IMG/VR virus record: IMGVR_UViG_3300051212_001283
Strand: one strand, 5' to 3'
Source of the DNA: an uncultured virus (IMG/VR IMGVR_UViG_3300051212_001283)
Taxonomy: Duplodnaviria > Heunggongvirae > Uroviricota > Caudoviricetes
DNA length: 64,000 nt
The notes beneath the pieces are model-generated. The model did no database searches. It was not told the DNA's origin and was given only the letters and a program-made list of their open reading frames with translations. The translations under genes and the position numbers were made by a program. Shown one piece after another: positions 49,711 to 58,904 of the stretch (positions are counted from its first letter, which is position 1; every line of letters starts with the position of its first letter).

Positions 49711-51403
49711 ATACAAAAACTTTCTCTCATCTGGGAATCAGTTTACAGAAATTGACTTTGAAAAACATAATACAAATCTAATTATCGGGACGAATGGTGC
49801 AGGCAAAAGCACTTTACTTGATGCTCTGACTTTTGCTTTATTCAATAAACCATTTCGTAAAATCAACAAACCTCAACTTGTAAACACAACCAACGAAAGG
49901 GATTGTTTGGTTGAGATTGAGTTTTCTGTGAATAATCGTGATTATCTTGTTCGTCGCGGTATCAAACCTAATGTCTTTGATATTGAGGTGAATGGAGAAG
50001 CACTTCACAAGGAAGCAGATGATCGTGCAAATCAGAGAATTCTTGAAGAGAATATTCTTAGGGTAAATTATAAGTCTTTCACACAAGTTGTTATTCTTGG
50101 TAGTAGCACTTTTGTACCTTTTATGCAACTTCCGACAGCACATCGTCGTGAAGTGATTGAAGATCTTTTGGATATTCGTATCTTCTCTGCGATGAATAAT
50201 CTCATTAAGGATAAGATTCGCACTCAGAAAGATCAGGTCAAATCTCTTGAGTTGCGTAAAGAGAATCTCAAAGAAAAGATGAAGATGCAACAAAATTTCA
50301 TCGATGAGTTGGAGAATCGTGGTAATGCCAATATTAATGCCAACAAAGAAAAAATTGCCAAGTTAGATGGTGAAGTTGGTGTTTACTTGACTGAGAATGC
50401 CAAGATTGAGGAAGATGTCTTCAAGTTTACGAAGGAGCAAGAGGAAGTTTTGGGTGCCGGAGATAAGTTAGTAAAACTCAATAACCTTAAGGGTAAAATT
50501 TCTCAGAAAGTATCTGCTATTACCAAAGAACATAAGTTTTTCACTGAAAATACGGTATGCCCCACTTGTACTCAAACTATAGAAGAAGAGTTTCGGTTAA
50601 ATAGAATTGAAGACGCTCAAAATAAAGCAAAGGAACTCAAGAAAGGTTATGATGACCTGGAAGAGACCATAAAGATAGAACAGGAACGAGAGCGTCAATT
50701 CATTGCTCTATCAAAGGAGATTACAAAACTCAACCATGAGATTTCTCAAAACAATACTCGGATATCACTTAACCAGCGACAAATCCGAGATCTTGAAACT
50801 GAAATTCAAACAATTACCAATCAACTTGAAAACCGAAATACTGAACATGAAAAGTTAGAAGAATTTCGGGACAATCTCCAAAAAACATTCGAAGACCTCT
50901 CAAAGAAAAAAGAAGAAATCGTTTATTACGATTTTGCCTATTCCTTACTTAAGGATGATGGTGTAAAAACGAAGATCATCAAGAAGTATCTTCCGTTCAT
51001 AAATCAGCAGGTGAATCGTTATCTTCAGATGATGGATTTTTATATTAATTTCCATCTTGATGAAGAATTTAACGAAACAGTAAAATCACCCATTCACGAA
51101 GACTTTTCTTATAGTTCTTTCAGTGAGGGTGAAAAAATGAGAATCGACCTTTCTCTTCTCTTTACCTGGAGAGAAGTGGCACGAGTCAAGAATTCTGTCA
51201 ATACTAATCTGCTGATTATGGATGAGGTATTTGATTCTTCTCTCGATGGTTTCGGAACTGATGAGTTTCTGAAAATCATTCGTTACGTCATCAAGGATGC
51301 TAATATCTTCGTGATTTCTCATAAGGCAGACTTGCATGACAAATTTGAAAGTGTCCTACGATTTGAGAAGGTCAAGGGTTTCTCCCGTATGATATCCCCA
51401 TAA
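49688..51403 (+). CDS. gp46: recombination ATPase gp46 (SbcC/Rad50-like)
   Basis: GTNGAGKS, CPTC hook, FSEGE signature, LIMDEVFD, ISH. Confidence 0.97.
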   Translation: MLLFHKIRYKNFLSSGNQFTEIDFEKHNTNLIIGTNGAGKSTLLDALTFALFNKPFRKINKPQLVNTTNERDCLVEIEFSVNNRDYLVRRGIKPNVFDIEVNGEALHKEADDRANQRILEENILRVNYKSFTQVVILGSSTFVPFMQLPTAHRREVIEDLLDIRIFSAMNNLIKDKIRTQKDQVKSLELRKENLKEKMKMQQNFIDELENRGNANINANKEKIAKLDGEVGVYLTENAKIEEDVFKFTKEQEEVLGAGDKLVKLNNLKGKISQKVSAITKEHKFFTENTVCPTCTQTIEEEFRLNRIEDAQNKAKELKKGYDDLEETIKIEQERERQFIALSKEITKLNHEISQNNTRISLNQRQIRDLETEIQTITNQLENRNTEHEKLEEFRDNLQKTFEDLSKKKEEIVYYDFAYSLLKDDGVKTKIIKKYLPFINQQVNRYLQMMDFYINFHLDEEFNETVKSPIHEDFSYSSFSEGEKMRIDLSLLFTWREVARVKNSVNTNLLIMDEVFDSSLDGFGTDEFLKIIRYVIKDANIFVISHKADLHDKFESVLRFEKVKGFSRMISP

Positions 51404-51414
51404 GCACAAGACCG

Positions 51415-51549
51415 ATGAAAGTCCCAAACTGGCAACATCACAGCAAGAAGGAGCAGAAGCGTAAACTGAAACCGCAAGCACTCCGACAAGCAAAGGCAAG
51501 ACGCCAAGCACTCAAGAACCGCCTCTCACGGGGCGGTTCTTTTTTATAA
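51415..51549 (+). CDS. 44-aa highly basic peptide (absent from ORF track)
   Basis: Hand translation MKVPNWQHHSKKEQKRKLKPQALRQAKARRQALKNRLSRGGSFL*. Confidence 0.6.
   Translation: MKVPNWQHHSKKEQKRKLKPQALRQAKARRQALKNRLSRGGSFL
51515..51545 (+). terminator. intrinsic terminator
   Basis: AGAACCGCCTC-TCAC-GGGGCGGTTCT followed by TTTTT. Confidence 0.85.
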
Positions 51550-51552
51550 ATA
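51545..51552 (+). promoter_or_regulatory. T4-type late promoter
   Basis: Exact TATAAATA upstream of ORF 51573. Confidence 0.8.
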
Positions 51553-51572
51553 TCTAAAAAGTCTTTATAAAG

Positions 51573-53495
51573 ATGAGAGATAAGGAATTTGTAGATTTAA
51601 GCGATGCTTATAAACAGATTTATGAGCATGTTGATGTACATTCGGAAAATAATGTTCAGGAAGAAGTTGATATCTATGATCAGGTTCTAGAATATCTTCT
51701 AAATGAAGGATACTCTGAAGAAGAATCCAAACAGATCATGATTGAAATTATTAATGAGGCAGGTCTGGGATCCTTAATTAAGGGTGCAAAAGCATTAGCA
51801 GGATTTGTTGCAAAAAGAGCAAAAACACCATTAAGAACTGCAGCTACTGATTCTCTTATTACTAGTACAGCATTAAATCCAGTATCGACTGCTAAAATTG
51901 CAAAAACTATTGCAAAGTCTACGCCATCTCCAGCACCAATAGTTAGAACAGTAAAAGCAACTCCTGTTAGAACTGCTCCAAAAGGTGCAAATAAGATTAC
52001 AACTAATGTTTGGAATGAACCAACAGCACCTAGCAGTCGTATAAATCCATCTAAACCCTCTGGACCTAAAGTATCTTCTACTAAGGCATTATCTGGTACA
52101 CCATCTAGACCAGCACTTCCTTCTGCAGGAAAAACATCTGCAAGTGCAAAACCAACTTTCAAACCAGAAGCACTTCCTAAGGCAACAAAATCTGCTGAAC
52201 CAGCAGGAGCATTGGTTCGTACAAAGGCACCTAAACCAACCTTTAAACCTGAAGCACTTCCTAAGGTAACAAAGTCTGCTGAACCTGCAGGAGCATTGGT
52301 CTCTACGAGAGCACCTAAACCAACCTTTAAACCTGAAGCACTTCCTAAGGTAACAAAGTCTGCTGAACCTGCAGGAGCATTGGTTCGTACAAAGGCACCT
52401 AAACCAACCTTCAAACCAGAAGCACTTCCTAAGGCAACAAAATCTGCTGAACCTGCAGGAGAACTAGTTTCCACAAGAGCACCTAAACCAACCTTCAAAC
52501 CAGAAGCACTTCCTAAGGCAACAAAATCTGCTGAACCTGCAGGAGAACTAGTTTCCACAAGAGCACCTAAACCAACTTTTAAACCTGAAGCAATTCCTAA
52601 GGCAACAAAATCTGCTGAACCTGCAGGAGAACTAGTTTCCACAAGAGCACCTAAACCAACTTTTAAACCTGAAGCAATTCCTAAGGCAACTAAGTCTGCT
52701 GAACCAGCAGGAGCACTAGTTCGTACAAAGGCACCTAAACCTACAGAAAACTCATCTGGTGGATCTACTAATATTCCAAAGTCTTTCAAAGGATTGAAGA
52801 GATTGGGTGCAACTGTTGCTGGTGCTACCGCTTTGGGAGTTGGTGCTGATATGGCATCCCCAAGATCAACTGCACCTGGAACTCCAGATAAAGCGCCTAA
52901 ATTCCCAACAACTGCTAAGGAAGTTAAGAAAGGGCAAACTTATTATGATCCTAATACTAGAATAGGAACATCTCAGAGATTCGCTCAGAGAAAAAAAGTT
53001 GGCGTTGCCAAAATTGGTAGTAGTTTTGAAGATGCTTTTAAATTTTATAAAGAACGAGGTGATAAAACTTTTAAATACGCTGGAAAGGAGTACACTACTA
53101 AAATGAAAGAAAACGCAATGTACGAAGCAAAAGACGAAACTGAAGAGGGTATTACGGGACTTCCAATACCAAAGAAAAAAATGAGTCCTAAAAAAAGACA
53201 TGAATTTGAAAAGAAAAGAAGAGTAGAAAGAAAGAAGCGTGGAGATGAAAGAGTAGGGGATACTTTTTCTCAACATAGAATGACTGGCAGTAGAGGTCAT
53301 GGATCCGAACATGAGAATATTCGCTCAGTTCGTGAAGAACTTCTTGTGGATTATCTTCTTGGGGAAGGTTTTGCTTCTGATGAAAAGTCAGCACAAGCAA
53401 TTGCTGGTGCAATGAGTGAAGAGTGGGTGCAAAGTATTGTTGAGCAAGCATCGACAGTATCAAGTTCTGGTGGTGCAGTTGTAAAAGTGTCCTAA
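51573..53495 (+). CDS. Lys/Pro/Ala-rich repeat protein, putative internal virion protein
   Basis: 640 aa; related terminal modules (VLEYLLNEGY / LVDYLLGEGF); 7 x 28-aa repeats; SFEDAF...FKYAGKEYTT module. Confidence 0.75.
   Translation: MRDKEFVDLSDAYKQIYEHVDVHSENNVQEEVDIYDQVLEYLLNEGYSEEESKQIMIEIINEAGLGSLIKGAKALAGFVAKRAKTPLRTAATDSLITSTALNPVSTAKIAKTIAKSTPSPAPIVRTVKATPVRTAPKGANKITTNVWNEPTAPSSRINPSKPSGPKVSSTKALSGTPSRPALPSAGKTSASAKPTFKPEALPKATKSAEPAGALVRTKAPKPTFKPEALPKVTKSAEPAGALVSTRAPKPTFKPEALPKVTKSAEPAGALVRTKAPKPTFKPEALPKATKSAEPAGELVSTRAPKPTFKPEALPKATKSAEPAGELVSTRAPKPTFKPEAIPKATKSAEPAGELVSTRAPKPTFKPEAIPKATKSAEPAGALVRTKAPKPTENSSGGSTNIPKSFKGLKRLGATVAGATALGVGADMASPRSTAPGTPDKAPKFPTTAKEVKKGQTYYDPNTRIGTSQRFAQRKKVGVAKIGSSFEDAFKFYKERGDKTFKYAGKEYTTKMKENAMYEAKDETEEGITGLPIPKKKMSPKKRHEFEKKRRVERKKRGDERVGDTFSQHRMTGSRGHGSEHENIRSVREELLVDYLLGEGFASDEKSAQAIAGAMSEEWVQSIVEQASTVSSSGGAVVKVS
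52149..52745 (+). repeat. coding tandem repeat, 7 x 84 bp plus a partial unit
   Basis: Units start at 52149, 52233, 52317, 52401, 52485, 52569, 52653 (partial 52737); consensus KPTFKPEA[LI]PK[AV]TKSAEPAG[AE]LV[RS]T[KR]AP. Confidence 0.95.
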
Positions 53496-53529
53496 CGATG
53501 CTCTACTGGGCGTCGTGGGCGTCTATAAT
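53476..53529 (+). promoter_or_regulatory. putative early promoter: near-palindrome plus -10 box
   Basis: CAGTT-GTAA-AAGTG-TC at 53476; TATAAT at 53524. Confidence 0.55.
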
Positions 53530-53552
53530 ACTCACATATCACACAACTCCTA

Positions 53553-55697
53553 ATGACTGTTAATTACGAAATCAAGGGAATGCTCGCCAAACTTTTGGCG
53601 GAAGAAGACATTGTTGTTGAACATAAAAAAGTAGATACTGCTTGCTTTAATGTCCATACTCGTGTATTGACTCTTCCTATGTGGAAGGCGAGTAGCACTG
53701 TTGTAGATCTCCTTGTAGCACACGAAGTTGGGCACTCAAGAGAAACCCCTAATATTGACTGGTTGAAGGAGCACAAGATTCCTCCACAGTTTGTGAATGT
53801 GGTGGAGGATGCTCGTATTGAGAAACTGATGAAGCGTCGTTATGCTGGTCTCGCCAAGACCTTCTATAACGGATATAAAGAACTTGCTGATGATGATTTC
53901 TTCCAAATCAAAGACGACAATCTGGATACTTATAATCTTGCCGACCGTGCAAACCTGTGGTTCAAGGTTGGTAACTATGTTGATGTACCGATTGAGCGTG
54001 GTGAGGAGACTGAAATTATCAATCTGATTGCCGATACTGAGACCTTTGCTGATGTTCTGATTGCTGCAGAGGCACTTTACAAGTATTGCAAGCACAAGCA
54101 AGAGGAACAAACTAAGACTCCGATGGACAATCTGGAATCGCAAGATTCTGGTGCAAGTCAGCAACCTGCCTCTGATTTTTCTGACCAGCAGGAAGGTGAG
54201 AATGACCAACCTGGATCTGATAGTGAATCTCAACCTCCCACAACGAGTGAAACTGGACAGGAGAAGCAACCCACTTCTCAGGGTGCCGAGAATAATGAAG
54301 ATCCAGAAGTCAAGACAATGGAATCTTTAGAAGAGGCACTGAAAGATCTTATCAACAATGATGGGCATGAGAATGTCTATCTGGAACTGCCCAAACTTGA
54401 CCTGAATAAAATTATTGTTTCTAACTCTGAAATTCACGATAAGTGTAAAGAATCTTGGAATTCTTTCCTTGTAGACCGTGAGTGGAAATCTGAGGATGTA
54501 TTTGGTGAAGTTGATAAGGATTTTGTAGAATTCAAGCGTTCTGCTCAGAAAGAAGTCAACTATCTGGTGAAAGAATTTGAGTGTCGCAAGGCAGCAGATT
54601 CCTATGCCCGTGCTACAACTGCTCGCACTGGTGTTCTGGACTGCACCAAACTTCATACTTACAAATACAACGAAGACCTTTTCAAGAAAGTTACTACTCT
54701 TTCTGATGGTAAGAATCACGGTCTGGTGTTTGTTCTGGACTGGTCTGGTTCTATGAGTGAAGTGATGATGGATACGGTTAAGCAACTGTTCAACCTTGTT
54801 TGGTTCTGTAAGAAAGTTGCAATTCCTTTTGAGGTTTATGCTTTCACCACTGATTATCCTCTGGTGAAGTATGGTGAGGATGGTAAGGCAAATATCCGAG
54901 AACTTGCTTATAAGAAAAAGGATGGTCTTGTTCAGGTTGGTGAATGGTTCTCTATGATGAATCTTCTCACCAGCAAAGTGAACAGTAAGATTCTAGATGA
55001 GCAAATGAAGAATATCTTCCGTCTTGCATCTTCTTTCCGCTATAATTCTCATGTTTACTACTCTGCTCCTATGGGTATGAGTCTTTCGGGTACTCCCCTG
55101 AATGAGGCACTGATTTCTCTTCATCAGATTCTTCCTAAGTTCCAGAAGGAAAACAAACTCCAGAAAGTTCAGTGTGTGATTCTGACTGATGGTGAGGGTG
55201 CTCTACTCAAGTATCACCGTGAGGTTCAACGCCGTTGGGAGGAAGAACCTTTTATGGGTACTGCACATATCGGTCCTAGTGCTTTCATCCGTGACCGTAA
55301 GACTGGTATGACTTATTCTTGTGATTGTGATTATCACGAGTTCACCGATGTTCTGCTTCGCAATCTTCGGGATAGGTTTACTGATATCAACTTCATCGGT
55401 ATTCGTGTTCTTGAATCCCGTGATGCTGGTAGTTTTATTCGCCGCTATTGTGGGTTTTATGGTGAAACCTATGATAAGACGATGAATGCCTGGAAAAAGG
55501 AAAGGGCATTTACTATCAAGTCTTCTGGTTATCATTCTTACTTTGGTTTGTCTGCAAGTGCCCTTTCTCAAGATGCTGAGTTTGAGGTTGCTGAGTGTGC
55601 AACTAAGTCTCAAATCAAATCTGCATTTGCTAAGAGTCTGAAGTCCAAGAAAATGAACAAAAAAATTCTGGGAGAGTTTGTGGAATTGGTCGCTTGA
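53553..55697 (+). CDS. HExxH metallopeptidase-like / vWA (CobT-like) protein
   Basis: VAHEVGH, NVVEDARIE, MIDAS LDWSGSM, SGTPL, ILTDGE; directly upstream of cobS. Confidence 0.85.
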   Translation: MTVNYEIKGMLAKLLAEEDIVVEHKKVDTACFNVHTRVLTLPMWKASSTVVDLLVAHEVGHSRETPNIDWLKEHKIPPQFVNVVEDARIEKLMKRRYAGLAKTFYNGYKELADDDFFQIKDDNLDTYNLADRANLWFKVGNYVDVPIERGEETEIINLIADTETFADVLIAAEALYKYCKHKQEEQTKTPMDNLESQDSGASQQPASDFSDQQEGENDQPGSDSESQPPTTSETGQEKQPTSQGAENNEDPEVKTMESLEEALKDLINNDGHENVYLELPKLDLNKIIVSNSEIHDKCKESWNSFLVDREWKSEDVFGEVDKDFVEFKRSAQKEVNYLVKEFECRKAADSYARATTARTGVLDCTKLHTYKYNEDLFKKVTTLSDGKNHGLVFVLDWSGSMSEVMMDTVKQLFNLVWFCKKVAIPFEVYAFTTDYPLVKYGEDGKANIRELAYKKKDGLVQVGEWFSMMNLLTSKVNSKILDEQMKNIFRLASSFRYNSHVYYSAPMGMSLSGTPLNEALISLHQILPKFQKENKLQKVQCVILTDGEGALLKYHREVQRRWEEEPFMGTAHIGPSAFIRDRKTGMTYSCDCDYHEFTDVLLRNLRDRFTDINFIGIRVLESRDAGSFIRRYCGFYGETYDKTMNAWKKERAFTIKSSGYHSYFGLSASALSQDAEFEVAECATKSQIKSAFAKSLKSKKMNKKILGEFVELVA

Positions 55698-55699
55698 AC

Positions 55700-55754
55700 C
55701 ACTTCCCAAACTGTCACAGGGGGTACTTGGTTGCCCCCTTTTTTCTTGTATAAT
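55700..55754 (+). promoter_or_regulatory. putative early promoter: near-palindrome plus -10 box, overlapping a terminator
   Basis: CACTT-CCCA-AACTG-TC at 55700; TATAAT at 55749. Confidence 0.55.
55718..55744 (+). terminator. intrinsic terminator
   Basis: AGGGGGTA-CTTGGT-TGCCCCCT followed by TTTTT. Confidence 0.7.
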
Positions 55755-55788
55755 TACTTTGTTGAAACGAAACAACTTCACTTTGATT

Positions 55789-56880
55789 ATGTCACTCTCT
55801 GCTGATTACATTCGCACTTCGCTCCAAAGTCTGTATGGAGACTCTGTGACTGCTGCGGATATTCGTGCTTGGTGTGCGATGAATGGTGCTAACTACCAGA
55901 CAATCTCCAATAAGCTTGCTAACTACAAGACTGCTCGTGGTCGTTGGAACCTTGAAGTGACGCAAGAACGTGTTGAAGAGATTGAGCGTTCTTATCAAGC
56001 ACCTGCGGCCCTTCCTACTATGGAACAAAATCTCATTCCTGATAAAGATGATACCTTCGTCAAGTTTGGTAATTTTAACGATATCAAAAAAATTATTCAG
56101 TCCAATCTCTTTTATCCTACGTTCATTACGGGTCTTTCGGGTAATGGTAAAACGTTCGGTGTGGAGCAAGCATGTGCTCAACTGAAGCGTGAACTGATTC
56201 GTGTCAACATCACTATCGAAACTGACGAAGATGATCTGATCGGTGGTTTCCGTCTGGTGAATGGTGAAACTGCATGGCACAATGGTCCAGTGATTGAGGC
56301 ACTTGAGCGTGGTGCTATTCTCTTGCTGGATGAGATTGACCTTGCTTCTAACAAGATCCTGTGCCTGCAATCCATTCTGGAAGGTAAAGGTGTATTCCTT
56401 AAGAAGATTGGTCGCTTCGTGAAACCTGCTTCTGGTTTCAATGTGTTCGCTACCGCCAACACCAAAGGTAAAGGTTCTGATGATGGTCGTTTCATCGGCA
56501 CCAATGTTTTGAACGAAGCATTCCTTGAGCGTTTCCCTGTGACCTTCGAGCAGTCTTATCCTGCCCCTGCGACCGAGCAGAAGATCCTGGAAGGTATTGC
56601 TCTGGACCTTGGTGTGGAAGACCGAGACTTCTGCAAGCGACTTTGCGATTGGGCGGACATCATCCGGAAAACATTCTACGATGGTGGTATTGAGGAGATC
56701 ATCAGCACCCGTCGTCTGGTCCACATTATCCGTGCCTACAGCATCTTCCAAGACAAGGCAAAGGCAATCCAAGTGTGCGTCAATCGATTTGATGACGAAA
56801 CCAAACAGTCCTTTCTGGAACTGTACGATAAAGTAGATGCTGACTTCCAAATGCCTGTTGACCAGAAAGCACAATCCTGA
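55789..56880 (+). CDS. cobS: CobS/MoxR-family AAA+ ATPase
   Basis: GLSGNGKT, LLLDEID, ATANTKGKG, NEAFLERF, STRRL; ATG 55789 preferred over the track start 55678. Confidence 0.92.
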   Translation: MSLSADYIRTSLQSLYGDSVTAADIRAWCAMNGANYQTISNKLANYKTARGRWNLEVTQERVEEIERSYQAPAALPTMEQNLIPDKDDTFVKFGNFNDIKKIIQSNLFYPTFITGLSGNGKTFGVEQACAQLKRELIRVNITIETDEDDLIGGFRLVNGETAWHNGPVIEALERGAILLLDEIDLASNKILCLQSILEGKGVFLKKIGRFVKPASGFNVFATANTKGKGSDDGRFIGTNVLNEAFLERFPVTFEQSYPAPATEQKILEGIALDLGVEDRDFCKRLCDWADIIRKTFYDGGIEEIISTRRLVHIIRAYSIFQDKAKAIQVCVNRFDDETKQSFLELYDKVDADFQMPVDQKAQS

Positions 56881-56886
56881 TATAAT
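56858..56886 (+). promoter_or_regulatory. sigma70-type promoter
   Basis: TTGACC (56858-56863), 17-nt spacer, TGn-TATAAT (56881-56886). Confidence 0.75.
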
Positions 56887-56901
56887 TGGGGAAGGTAAAA
56901 A

Positions 56902-57270
56902 ATGTGCCTTCCCTTTATGAGTGATTCAACCTTTACTATTACTATGCCTGAAAACACTAATCATCTCTGGAAATACAACGAAGATAAAATTCTTAAAGAT
57001 ATTGAAGACTATGTGACTAGCACCTACGGAAGTCACTATTGTGGTCACAATCAGCAGTATCAGGACATTCAAACGATTGACTTGATGGCTGCTAAAGACC
57101 TTGCTCCTGGATTCTGCCAGGCGAACATCCTGAAGTATGGAAGTCGCTATGGTGATAAGGATGGTCGCAACAAGCGTGATCTTCTCAAAGTGATTCATTA
57201 TGCTATGCTTCTGCTTCACTTTGATGGGCATTATTCTCGTAAAGATAATGGTTTGACCGAATTCCGTTGA
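56902..57270 (+). CDS. conserved hypothetical protein (DUF3310/SaV-like); start uncertain
   Basis: TY..HY, FCQANILKY.SRYG.K.G....DLLKVIHY. Confidence 0.7.
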   Translation: MCLPFMSDSTFTITMPENTNHLWKYNEDKILKDIEDYVTSTYGSHYCGHNQQYQDIQTIDLMAAKDLAPGFCQANILKYGSRYGDKDGRNKRDLLKVIHYAMLLLHFDGHYSRKDNGLTEFR

Positions 57271-57272
57271 TT

Positions 57273-57959
57273 ATGAAACTCCAAGACAAAACTATGAAAC
57301 TCTCTGACAACACCCTGACTATCCTCAAGAACTTTGCTGGAATCAATAACTCTATTCTTGTGAAGCAGGGTAACAAACTCCGCACGATTTCTGTTGCCAA
57401 GAATATCCTGGCAGAAGCAGATATCACTGAAGAGTTCCCCCGTGACTTTGCTATCTATGACCTCAATCAGTTTCTTAATGGTCTGAGTCTTCATAACGAC
57501 CCTGACCTTGATTTCAAAGAAGATTCTTATCTGAGTATCAAAGAAGGTAAGCGTCGTGTGAAGTATTTCTTTGCCGACCCCAATGTGATTATCTCTCCTC
57601 CCGATAAAGATATTCAACTTCCTTCTCAGGATGTTTGTTTCCAACTGGATAGCACTTCTTTGGAAAAACTGGTGAAGGCGGCAGCAGTATATCAACTGCC
57701 AGACCTCTCTGCGATTGGTGAGGCAGGTGTCATCAAACTGGTGGTGCGTGACAAAAAGAATGATACTTCTAATGAATATGCCATTGTGGTTGGTGAGACT
57801 GATGATGAGTTTACTTTCAACTTCAAAGTAGAAAACATTAAGATTATTCCTGGTGCCTATGATGTGGTTGTGTCTTCTAAACTTTTGTCACAATTCACGA
57901 ATACCAAATACAATCTGACTTATTATATTGCTCTGGAACCTGATTCTACTTTCGGTTGA
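57273..57959 (+). CDS. gp45: DNA polymerase sliding clamp gp45
   Basis: MKLS..T..ILKNF..IN.S, FAIYDLNQFL, YYIALE. Confidence 0.96.
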   Translation: MKLQDKTMKLSDNTLTILKNFAGINNSILVKQGNKLRTISVAKNILAEADITEEFPRDFAIYDLNQFLNGLSLHNDPDLDFKEDSYLSIKEGKRRVKYFFADPNVIISPPDKDIQLPSQDVCFQLDSTSLEKLVKAAAVYQLPDLSAIGEAGVIKLVVRDKKNDTSNEYAIVVGETDDEFTFNFKVENIKIIPGAYDVVVSSKLLSQFTNTKYNLTYYIALEPDSTFG

Positions 57960-58387
57960 TGGAATTTCTTCTTTATCTTTCTACTCAACAGATGGATATC
58001 TATAAAATGGTATCTAACAAAGTTCGAGTAGTTGAAAATGCTCCAATTTGTAAAAAGTATCAGATTTTTGGATTCTACGACAGTACAAAAAGAGTTCTAA
58101 CAATGTGTACGGATACTCTGAAAAAATTTGGAAATCCGCACACTAGTGTTAATGAGACTCTAATGCATGAGTCTGTTCATGTTGCTCAATCTTGCAAAAC
58201 TAGATTTACTTTTTTAGATTCTTTTGGTATCAATCCTTCTCTTATGCCTTTAAGTTATCAAAAAGAACAAGATCTAAAGAAAGTGATTGCTTTCGATTCC
58301 AGACTTAAAAATGTTGATAGGGAAGCATTTTGGATGGAAGATAAACCAGAAAAAGTAAAGTATGTAGTTCAAAAGTATTGCTTCTGA
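57959..58387 (+). CDS. hypothetical HExxH zincin-like protein
   Basis: TLMHESVHVAQ plus downstream REAF; TGATG overlaps at both ends. Confidence 0.6.
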   Translation: MEFLLYLSTQQMDIYKMVSNKVRVVENAPICKKYQIFGFYDSTKRVLTMCTDTLKKFGNPHTSVNETLMHESVHVAQSCKTRFTFLDSFGINPSLMPLSYQKEQDLKKVIAFDSRLKNVDREAFWMEDKPEKVKYVVQKYCF

Positions 58388-58899
58388 TGAACATCTTCGT
58401 TACTTCTCCTTGGCCAGCAGAGAGTGCTATTTGTCTTCCTGACAAGCACATCGTCAAGATGCCCTTAGAATGTTGTCAAATGCTTTCTATCGTGGCATCA
58501 GAGAAATGGGGGCACGGATATGGTTACTTGTACAAAACTGACCATACCCCTTACAAAACTGAAAAAGGTGCATTCCGTAATCATCCCTGCACCAAATGGG
58601 CAATGGAAAACATTCATAATGCCTATTGGTTGATTAAGTGGGGTCTCAACTTGTGCGATGAGTACACTTTGCGGTATAATAAGACTCACTCCTGCTACAA
58701 GACTCTTGTAGATGCTTTCTACTTGTTTCCAAGGGGCAAGATACCAGAAGTGACACCATTCGCAAGGGCAATGCCAGAAGAATGGAAATTTGATGAGAGC
58801 ATTGATACCTTTACTGCATATAAAAGGTACATTGCTTCAAAACCTTGGGTTGCATCTAATTATCTTCGTATGCCAGAAAGGAGACCATCTTGGGTGTAA
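58387..58899 (+). CDS. pyrimidine-dimer DNA glycosylase-like (DenV-related) protein
   Basis: MNIF...DKHIVKMPLE..QML, NHPC..W, EY..RY.K.H, AMP. Confidence 0.6.
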   Translation: MNIFVTSPWPAESAICLPDKHIVKMPLECCQMLSIVASEKWGHGYGYLYKTDHTPYKTEKGAFRNHPCTKWAMENIHNAYWLIKWGLNLCDEYTLRYNKTHSCYKTLVDAFYLFPRGKIPEVTPFARAMPEEWKFDESIDTFTAYKRYIASKPWVASNYLRMPERRPSWV

Positions 58900-58904
58900 A
58901 TAAC

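Noticed and set aside
52149..52745. Possible CRISPR array or DGR template/variable repeats
   Set aside because: Contiguous in-frame 84-bp units with no unique spacers; differences are not adenine-specific; no cas or reverse transcriptase gene in the window
51680..52789. 369-aa minus-strand ORF
   Set aside because: Antisense shadow of the repeat protein; one stop-free unit repeated seven times explains the length, and no SD or promoter is evident
55792..56874. 360-aa minus-strand ORF opposite cobS (and similar ones opposite g23, g45, g46 and the peptidase)
   Set aside because: Codon bias of the sense genes avoids TTA/CTA/TCA and leaves antisense frames open; no protein motifs
56889..56916. 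GGGAAGGTA/TGCCTTCCC hairpin after cobS
   Set aside because: Only three T residues follow and it overlaps the predicted TSS; its role cannot be assigned
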